Assembly: GCF_009914755.1 (NCBI RefSeq)
Contig: NC_060936.1
DNA length: 64,000 bases
Strand: one strand, 5' to 3'
Source of the DNA: the human T2T-CHM13v2.0 reference genome, Homo sapiens
The position numbers were made by a program, and so were the translations under genes. The notes beneath the pieces were generated by a model. That model was not told the origin of the DNA. It saw nothing but the letters and a program-made list of their open reading frames with translations, and ran no database searches. This document shows, in pieces, positions 50,566 through 64,000 of this stretch. The first letter of the stretch is position 1. The number at the start of each line of letters is the position of its first letter.

Positions 50566-51063
50566 TGAGCCACCGTACCCGGCCTGGTGACTCACTCTTT
50601 CAAGGGACTCAGCTATAAAGAAGAGAGGCATGGAGTGGTGGTAGGATGGATTAAGCTGGGGAGGGGAGGCATTTTTAAGATGAGAAATGATGTTTAAATG
50701 CAGATGGAAATGGGACAGGAGAGAAACGGAAGTTGATGGGATAAATGAAAATTATCATCATCATCTTCCTCACCATCACCAGCAGCAACCACAAGGAAAG
50801 CTCGTTCTGCTCTGGGACTGCCCTGTTAGACATTTCTTCCTTATACTGAGCCACAATCTATCTCCCTGTAACTTTCGCCTTTGGTTAGAGTTCTGCCTTG
50901 TGTCCCTCTTCTACTCTTCAAATGGCTGCACGCTGCTACTATGTCTGTCCTCTTCTTCAAACTCACAGCCCCCATCCTACGGGCCCTGTGCTCCCAGCCT
51001 GGTGACCCGACCCTCTACTGTCCCAGCCAAGTTCACATGACCATCCTCTTATTTGTCAAGCCT

Positions 51064-51095
<32 letters not shown>

Positions 51096-51604
51096 GAGGA
51101 GTCTTACTCTGTCCCAGGCTGGAGGGCATGGCACAATCTCAGCTCACTGCAACCTCTGCCTCCTGGTTTCAAGTGATTCTCCTGCCTCAGCCTCCTGAAT
51201 GCTGGGATTACAGGCATACATCGCCATGCCTGGTTAATTTTTGTATTTTTAGTAGAGACGGGGTTTCACCATGTTGGCCAGGCTGGTCTTGAACTCCTGA
51301 CCTCCAGTGATCCCCCTGCCTCAGCTTCCCAAAGTGCTGGGATTACAGCGTGAGCCACTGAGCCGGGCCAAGCCCCTCTGAAGAGGCAGTGTGCACACTC
51401 TTGCTTTGCTGATAGAAGCATGAAATGGTTCAAGTTTTTGTGATTTGGGAAAATGAACTCAGCTATAAAATGTGCACACCCAGAAGTTGTCCTATGGACT
51501 TAATGTCTTAGGGGTGAGAAGAAGCTTGTGCAGGGATTCCTGGCAACATGAATGCGGGATGGACAGACAGTGAGCACAGTGTTGAGGAGCACAGCCTGAG
51601 TGCA

Positions 51605-51945
51605 TCTCCCTGAGATCAGGAACAGGACAAGGATGCCCGCTTTCACCGCTGCTGTTCGACATTGTACTGGAAGTTCTAGCCAGAGCAATTAGGCAAGAAA
51701 AAGCAATAAAAGGCATCCAGATTGTAAAGGATGAAGTAAAACTATCTTTAGTCACAGGTGGCACAATCCCATATAGGGAGAATCCCAAAGAATTCACAAG
51801 AAAACTGTTAGAGCAAATAAACTAATTCAGTCAAGTTGCAAGGAACAAGATCAACCACAAAAATTAATTGTGTGGGTTTTTTTTACACCAGCAATGAACA
51901 TTTGAAAAGGAAATTCGAAAAAGTATTCCATTCACTGTAGCATTT
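51605..51945 (+). mobile_element. Isolated L1 ORF2 RT-domain fragment
   Basis: ggaacaggacaaggatgcccgctttcacc..ctggaagttctagccagagcaattaggcaagaaaaag (GTRQGCP-type region). Confidence 0.9.
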
Positions 51946-52315
51946 AAGAAAGCTGAGGCTGTGAAGCTACATGGCTGTGTTTGGAGCTGGTGCTGCTATT
52001 TACCATGTGACCTTGGACAAGCTTCTCACTTCATTCATGACACCGTTTATTCAGCTATTAAGTGGGGGTAATAATAGTACCTTCCTTATAGAGTTGGTTT
52101 TTTGTTTTTGTTTTTGTTTTTGGTGGGGGAGAGTAAGGATTGCAAGAGTTAATATATGTTAGCAAAATGGACTTAGAAGAGTGGTTGGCACATGGTAAGG
52201 ACTATATTAGGGTTACCAAAAAATGTTTATAATTGGGAAAATTGAACAAAGGTTCCAGTAAATATCCATCCCAGAGGCTGGTTGACAAATTATCACAATG
52301 TACCTTTTAGCTTGA

Positions 52316-52672
<357 letters not shown>

Positions 52673-52837
52673 TGAGCCACCGAGCCCAGCCAAAATGGGC
52701 CGTTTCATATGTTCAATTTAAACACTAAGATACTCTTTAGCCACTGAAAATGACTGTGTATCATAGATCTATCTTTATCACAGATCTATCTTTACTGTCA
52801 TAGAAAGAACTAATAACATATTATTGAACAAAAATAA

Positions 52838-53320
<483 letters not shown>

Positions 53321-53855
53321 TAACCCTTGATTTTTACCCTGTTTGACTGACTTTAGGAGTCTGACCCCCAAAACTGCAAAAGAATAAATTAGTGTTGTTG
53401 AAAGCCACTAAGTTTGTGGTAATTTGTTAGAGCAACAACCAGAAACTAATACAATCGGGATTAAACTTGCCCTGGGGGTGCTGGCTCTCCCCCACTTTCT
53501 TCTCAGAGCATCTCTTGGGTCCTCGCCCCTTGCTGAGCCCCCACCATGGCCGGGTGGACCAGCGATGGACCTGATCGGATTCTCCTCTTGGGATTTTAAA
53601 TAAGAGATGCAGAGGCTGCACGCCAAGCTTCTCTGTGCCGCACTGCAGGCACAGTCCTGGCGCTACTGTTCTTTAGGGGTCCATGAAGATGTTTGTTGGC
53701 CTGGCTTAGGTGTGAGCTAAGAGATACAAGGGATACACTTTGGAGGCTCAGCCCTTTGATGTTACCTTTGCGCTGGAAGCCCAGGGGCTGTAAGACGGAG
53801 AGGAACTTTGCTGAAAGGGAGGTCCTCCCTGCAGAGCTTGAAGAGCAATCTAACC

Positions 53856-53980
53856 ATGCTGGCATGGGGCCCATCCCACCTGTGATGCCAGTGTAAGTCT
53901 GTGACAGTCACTCATATTCAGAGCATGTGGATTGAGACTCTGAAGAACGACTTTATGGTGGGCACCTTCATCTCCATCTG
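53856..53980 (+). pseudogene. Decayed duplicate of P2RX7 exon 1 (probable P2X7k-type alternative exon 1') in intron 1
   Basis: accATG to TG|gtgggt is exactly 125 nt. Translates MLAWGPSHL*CQCKSVTVTHIQSMWIETLKNDFMVGTFISI, 14/41 identical to exon 1 without gaps. In-frame TGA at 53883-53885. Confidence 0.85.
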
Positions 53981-54100
53981 GTGGGTCCAGAGCAAGCAGC
54001 CTCAGGGTCCCATGGGCCCAACCTCACCCTCCATCCTTATTTCCCTGCCACTCCAGGGCTCCTCCTCAGCCAGACTTGCCTGTGAGTGCCCCTTGATGGC

Positions 54101-54462
54101 TGTATTAGTCTGTTCTCACGCTGCTAATAAAGACATACCCAAGACCAGGTAATTTATAAAGGAAAGAGGTTTAATGGGCCCACAGTTCCACATGGCTGGG
54201 AAGGCCTCACAATCATGGCAGAGGGCGAAAGGCATGTCTTACATGGTGGCAGGCAAAAAGTGAATGACAACCAAGCAAAAGAAGAAACCTCTTATAAAAC
54301 CATCAGATCCCATGAGACTTACTCACTATCACGAGAACAGTATGGGGGAAACTGCCCCCATGATTCAATTATCTCCCACCAGGTCCCTCCCACAACACAT
54401 GGAAATTATGGGAGCTATAATTCAAGATGAAATTTGGATGGGGACACAGCCAAACCATATCA
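54101..54462 (-). mobile_element. Solo MaLR LTR (THE1/MST family)
   Basis: tgtattagtctgttctcacgctgct...gggacacagccaaaccatatca; 5-bp TSD atggc/gtggc. Confidence 0.92.
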
Positions 54463-55395
54463 GTGGCCCTGGCTTCTCTCCCATTAGCTCTGTTCTACTT
54501 CCCAAAATCTTTCCAGCTTTGTTCTTTTTTAGAGACTGGAGTCTCACTGTGTTGCCCAGGCTTGTCTTGAACTCCTGGGCTCAAGGGATCCTCCTACCTC
54601 GGTCTAACAAGTAGCTGCGAATATAGGTGCACACCACCACACCCCCACAACTTACCCATCCTCCCCGGCTCAGTGAAATCCCTAGGTCCTTCACACTCCC
54701 GTTAGCTCCAGGTACCAGCGGCTTTGCCTTCTACAGAATGCATAACATTATAGCCTCTTAGAGCAAAAAGGTCATGGGGATGGGGAAGGCTGGGAGTTCT
54801 CTCTTCATTCAGGGATTAAACCTACCACCTGGAGGGGTGACATGGCTCACCTTAGTCACCAAGCAAGGTCGGGAGAGTATTTCTGGGATGGTCATTAGCA
54901 CTTTCTTTCCAAAGGGAGGATACTACAAACTCACTTTCATGATCACAGTATCCCCCCCGACAGGTAAAGTGTGCAAACTCGCTTTCATTCCCTTTTTGTC
55001 TTTGACGCAGCTCTGAAGCATTTTAATTCTTAAAATTTACATGTTCATGATGACACAGAGACAGGTTTTCTGTTTAGGAGAGGGCCTGATTCCATTAAGG
55101 CTGATCGATCATATGTTGCACATTCTGGGATAAATATGAGAGATCAGAATTGAGCTTCCCAAATGGTGGGTCACATGACCCAGTGTTGTTCCAGGAGAAC
55201 GTTGCAACATCCAGCATGAGAAAGCGCTGCATGCACCATGTATGTGTTGGGATGCTGGGCTGAAATGTATTAATGAGCAAGTGTTATCATATTTGTCTAT
55301 GGAATTCTATTTAATAGCTATGTCTCGTATGTGCTGATTGGGTCTCAAATCTGGGTATCTTACCCCAACATCTTTCTTGAAAATCCTTCTTTTTA

Positions 55396-59080
<3,685 letters not shown>

Positions 59081-59563
59081 AAGAGAGAGAGAGAGAGTAG
59101 CTGCCATTTTCAATGTTATTGATAAAGCAGGTGGGTGTTTCTGAAAATGCACCAGATGCAGCCTTAGACTGGAAGGTGCTGATGTGTTACTGAGCCTCCA
59201 GACAAAGCTGGCGAACCCACCGGGGCGAGACTTTATGACTTGAGAAGCTGTCCTATCTATGAGGGTCCATGTTAGGGAATATTAAAGAATAGGATTGGGG
59301 GCAGTAGCTTTCCTGTAGCAAGTGCTAGCTATGTGCCAGATACTGGGCAAAGGAGTCTGCAGACGTCTCTCATTTCATCCTCACAATCCATGAGGCAGGT
59401 ATGACTATTCTTCCCATTATCCAGAGAGGGAAAACAAGTCACACGGAAGCAAGTCACGCAGCAGAGCTAGGATTGGAACAGAAGTGCCTGCATCCTCCAA
59501 CGCCTGCATCCCAACCCGCTGTGCTATGCCTCCCGTTGATGCTTTCCCATGTCTGCCATTTAG

Positions 59564-59732
59564 CTTTGCTCTGGTGAGTGACAAGCTGTACCAGCGGAAA
59601 GAGCCTGTCATCAGTTCTGTGCACACCAAGGTGAAGGGGATAGCAGAGGTGAAAGAGGAGATCGTGGAGAATGGAGTGAAGAAGTTGGTGCACAGTGTCT
59701 TTGACACCGCAGACTACACCTTCCCTTTGCAG
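59564..59732 (+). CDS. P2RX7: P2X7 exon 2 (aa 42-98)
   Basis: Acceptor ccatttag|C; encodes (C)FALVSDKLYQRKEPVISSVHTKVKGIAEVKEEIVENGVKKLVHSVFDTADYTFPLQ. Donor CAG|gtgagc; phase matches exon 1. Includes ATP-binding K64/K66 and Val at residue 76. Confidence 0.99.
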
Positions 59733-60857
59733 GTGAGCACCTCGTAGCATTCTCCCAGGCTCGTCGCTGGTCACCGTCGCCAGGGCCTAGCTCCCTTCCC
59801 CTAGGATCTACAGCCTCACTCCAGAAAAAACGCTGGTCCTATTTTAAAAGCTCTGTGAACATCCCAACTGAGAAAACCTAAAAATTGCAAAACTGGGTGA
59901 GATCCAGGAGATGATTCTTTGCTTTATCAAGTCCTACAGGGTTTCTCAAAATAGCCTCATGTCCTGGTGCATTGAAAACAGGATTTGATTCACTCGCGCT
60001 TGATTTACCCGCAGCTTTTTAGACGCACAGCCACCAAGCCAGCAAGGTCTGCCGAGATTCAGAAGGACAGAGAACTTTCTACCAAAGAGCACCAGCCCTT
60101 CTAGATTGTGTAGCATTTCATCAACAAAAATGACTCCAGGAGACCATTCTTGGGTACATTTTTCCACAAAGAAAGGATGTAAATGACAAAAAGAAGAAAG
60201 GCATCGGTCACTGAGAGAAGGCGTGTGACTTCTAGATTTGCAAGCAGGGAAAATGAAAGCAGAATTGCCAAAAAAGAGAAATTAAAGTAGGGTTGAGGAG
60301 TCCAAAAAACAGATAAGGGGGCGAGAGGGACAAAGGGGCACGTTTGCGGCTTGGGGAGCTAAAATGCTTTGCAAAGACCCATGAAGCCCAAGCTGCTGTT
60401 TGTTTCTAACAGTGGGTCATTAAAATCCTGTGATTGCTCAGGTGGTGGGATGCCCTAGTGCCCTTTCATTAAAGTCTGGGAAAATCTGAACAGTGTTGTG
60501 ATGAAGGCTGCTCCCCTACCCTCGCCTCCCCAGGTCTCCTGAGTTTCAATTTAATGAGATTTTTACTGCGTAAAAAAAAAACAAAAACAAAAACAAAAAC
60601 ATGAAAAGGCTGCTTTTGAGACTGCATTGGTAAATGACTCTTCAACCCATTCAAACGCTCCTTCACTCTCCCTCAGCTCAGCAGGGCTGCTCGTCCAGCT
60701 TTGATATTAAGCCCTTGGCATATTCCAAGTTGCCCACAGATCCTGATTTCTAGAAGCTTAGAAAAGTGGAGAGGTTCGCCCAGCAAGCTGGATTATTATA
60801 ATTAAGTAGTTCTCTTTTCAAAGGCCTTGCATTTTCTTAGCCTCTCCTTCTCCACAG

Positions 60858-60926
60858 GGGAACTCTTTCTTCGTGATGACAAACTTTCTCAAAACAGAAG
60901 GCCAAGAGCAGCGGTTGTGTCCCGAG
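60858..60926 (+). CDS. P2RX7: P2X7 exon 3 (aa 99-121); gene continues beyond window
   Basis: Acceptor ctctccttctccacag|GGG; encodes GNSFFVMTNFLKTEGQEQRLCPE. Donor GAG|gtaagg; 69 nt, phase 0. Confidence 0.99.
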
Positions 60927-61649
60927 GTAAGGAGGGGACCTGGAGTGGTGGGTCAGGTCTTAAGAGTTCCTGGGGGAGGTGCAAGTCGGAAGAAGCAGAA
61001 ATGCGGACCCTGGGGTGTATTTGAGCCCACAGATATCTACTGAGCACCTGCCTCTTTTGTGGGGTAGGGCTGGGCTGAGTGGAGGAAGGGAGAGAACACA
61101 TGGCAGTGTCTCTCCATGGCCACCAGATCTTTGTCTGCCTGCCTCGGTCTCTGGTTCTAGCACTAGGGACCCGTGCAGACGGCAACCCTGCTCTTTCTAT
61201 CTCTGGCTCTCTTCGCAGCTTATGACAATGGTGATTCTTGGCATTTGCACAACATTTCACATTTTACTTGAGGCTCACAATGACTTTAGGAGAAAAATGG
61301 CATTTTACAAACCAGAACACAGATTCAGAGATGTTGTGACTTCCCCCAGGGTCACACAGCTTGCTGCAGGCAGAGCCAGGGTTAGGACCTGAGTGTCCTC
61401 ACTCACAGCTTCTCCTACCATGGTTCACAGTGAACTGTCTGCAGGGCTGGTCTTGGAAAACCCTGGCACACAGCTCTCTTGCTCATTCATCCACTTCTTA
61501 GAGTCTCAGCCTCTCCATCACGTGCATGTGCCCCCATGACTCCCTGCCACCACCCCAGACAATCTTTCCCAACTTGGCTTTGCTCTCTCCAAAGAGCCGC
61601 CTCTTTCTGGAAGAGCTTCTTCCCTATCAAATCATATTTGTTTTATTCT

Positions 61650-61799
<150 letters not shown>

Positions 61800-63915
61800 C
61801 TATTCTTTACCTCACCATCCTGCTCTCTCCTCTTAAACCAGCTTTTCTTCTAAGTTTATCTATACCAGCGTGTTACTGCTAGGCATTACCTGTAACTCCC
61901 AACCTCCCAGCCTCCCCTCTCAGGTAACGTAACTGTGCTGTACCAGGGACCATTTCCAACACTGACCGTTGCAGCAGCGCTGGTGATACCCAGCCAGATC
62001 CTCCACTGATGAGCAGGACCAGCCCTGCCGGTGGAGTTTTGCTCACGGGCCCACTCTGGCAACAAGGTCTAGCTTCCTGAGTGTCCAGGACCTCTGGGCA
62101 AAAGTGCTGTCTTTGAGTACAGTCTTTGCCATCATTTGTACCCAAATTCAGAACCAAGATAACATTCCCTTGGTGTCTATCTTGATAACACTCCGTCTAA
62201 AAGGAGAGCTTTCTACATTTGTTTTGTCCTCATCACCCCTTAACTGTCCCTGCTGCTCAGATGAAATCTCTGACAGCCAGGCCAGCCAAGCCCTCCCTTC
62301 TGTCTCCCTTCCCAGCAGTGTTCCGTCTCCAATCCAGTTTGGGGGCCTGTTTCCCTTTTGTCCCATCCTTTGGTCATCTCTACACCACACTCTACCTCCA
62401 TGTACACATAAAGACACTTTTGGACTTATTGAGACTTGGAAGAAAAAGAGTTAGGATAGCCCAGAGATTAAGAGCCTGGGCTCAGAAGCTAGACCGCTAA
62501 AGGTTCAAAACTTAAACTTCTTAACTCTGTGACCTCAGGCAGGTGACTCTTCACCTCTCTGTGCCAAGTTGTGTGCATCTGTAAAATGGGGCTGAGAACA
62601 AAACCTAGCTGTTCGGATTATTGAAACAAATGAGTGAATACCTGTGACACGCTTAAAACAAGGCATGGTACATTATAAGCACTCAATGAATGTCAGTTGT
62701 TATGATTCAAATGACATGTTACTCCTCAGATAGGATGTCACTCAGAGTGACTGGAACCCAACAGGTTCCATCGAAGCACTTCCAGCCCAGAGAGCACATG
62801 TGACTCTTTGGGATTTTAACTTATGCTCCAGGCTGGTTTGGGCTGGTCTAATTGGGCATTTGCCTCCTCTCTGCCCATCAACACCCCTCTATCTCGGGTT
62901 GTCTCGGTAAATATGACCAAGTTCCAGTTACACACCAACATGAATAGATATTTGCTCCATTTATCTGTGGCTGCAAAACAAACTACCCTGATCATGGTGG
63001 GCTTAACACAAGCATTTTATTAACTCTCACAGTTCAGTGGTTGACTGAGTTCAGCTGGTTGGTTCTTCTGCTGGTCTCACTAGGGATCTCTCAAGGAGCT
63101 GCAGTCAGATGGCAGCTGGGGTTGGCATCCCTTGGAGCCTCAATTGGCACCCAGGGATAGCTAGACATCTCTTCCTCTCTGGGAACCCCTAAGAGTTACC
63201 CTCTCTTCAAGGTCTGTCCGCATTGTCTCTCCAGCAGGGTAGTCAAACTTTCTAATAGTGGCTCAGGTTCCTCAAAACAAAACAAAAAAATAGAAGCTTC
63301 CAGGCCTTCTTAAGGCTTAGGCCTGGAACTGGCAACAGCATTCCTTCTGCTGCTTCTATTGGCTTTGCAGTCACAGCACAGGCTCAGCTTCAGAAAGTAG
63401 GGGAAACACTCCACCTCTCAATGGAGAAAGTGACCAAGAATTTGTGGCCATCTTTAATCCATGCAACAATCACAAAAGAGAAGATTAAAACAAAACTAAT
63501 GTGCTGTTTTTTAAAAAAAAAATTAGAATTCCTTTTGGAGAGCAAAATAAAACTGATTTCTCTTCTTTCCTGAGATTCATCTCCAGTTGATAATGAAAAT
63601 GTAACTTTCCATGAGCCACAATGAATGATCACACATTCATTCCTTCCATGACTATCAAGACCTACTATTTGCCAGGCACTTGGGCTGCAAAGATATGACC
63701 TTGGCTCTGTATTCAAAGGGTTCATAATCTAATCTGGGGAGTCACAAGGGGAGGAGACCAACGGCATGCCATGTGACAAGGCAGCCTGGGAAATAAAGAG
63801 ATCATGAGAGAGTTTGAAAACTACAAGAAACATTCATTGAGCATGTACTATGTGCTAAACCCTTTCTTTTCATAACTCACTTAATCTTCACAACAACCAG
63901 GCAAGACAATTTGTT

Positions 63916-64000
63916 GGCTGGGCATGATGGCTCACGCCTATAATCCCAGCACTTTGGGAGGTCGAGGCAGGCAGATCATGAGGTCAGGAGTTCAAGACCA
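63916..64000 (+). mobile_element. Alu, cut by the window end
   Basis: ggctgggcatgatggctcacgcctataatcccagc. Confidence 0.9.

Overview
Primate, almost certainly human, Alu-dense genomic DNA. It holds about 37.6 kb upstream of P2RX7 (ATP-gated P2X7 receptor; chr12q24.31 in human, from recall) plus P2RX7 coding exons 1-3 on the + strand (37724-37848, 59564-59732, 60858-60926). Most of the window is interspersed repeat: dozens of Alus, fragmented L1s interrupted by solo ERV1 LTRs, MaLR LTRs, MIR/L2 and hAT DNA elements. Most ORFs in the supplied track are repeat or low-complexity artefacts. Main observations: (1) Intron 1 contains a gap-free 125-nt paralog of coding exon 1 (53856-53980). It has an accATG start, the same phase-2 TG|GT donor and one in-frame TGA, and is probably the human relic of the rodent P2X7k alternative first exon. 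(2) A SNORA70 + retained intron + spliced RPL10 retrocopy sits inside an old L1 5'UTR with no poly(A) or TSD. (3) A ~265-bp local inverted duplication is inserted into a MIR. (4) Candidate CTCF, IRF, G4 and GGAA elements and candidate non-canonical P2RX7 exons and start codons. Repeat family names and reference sequences are from recall, not database searches, and repeat boundaries are approximate.
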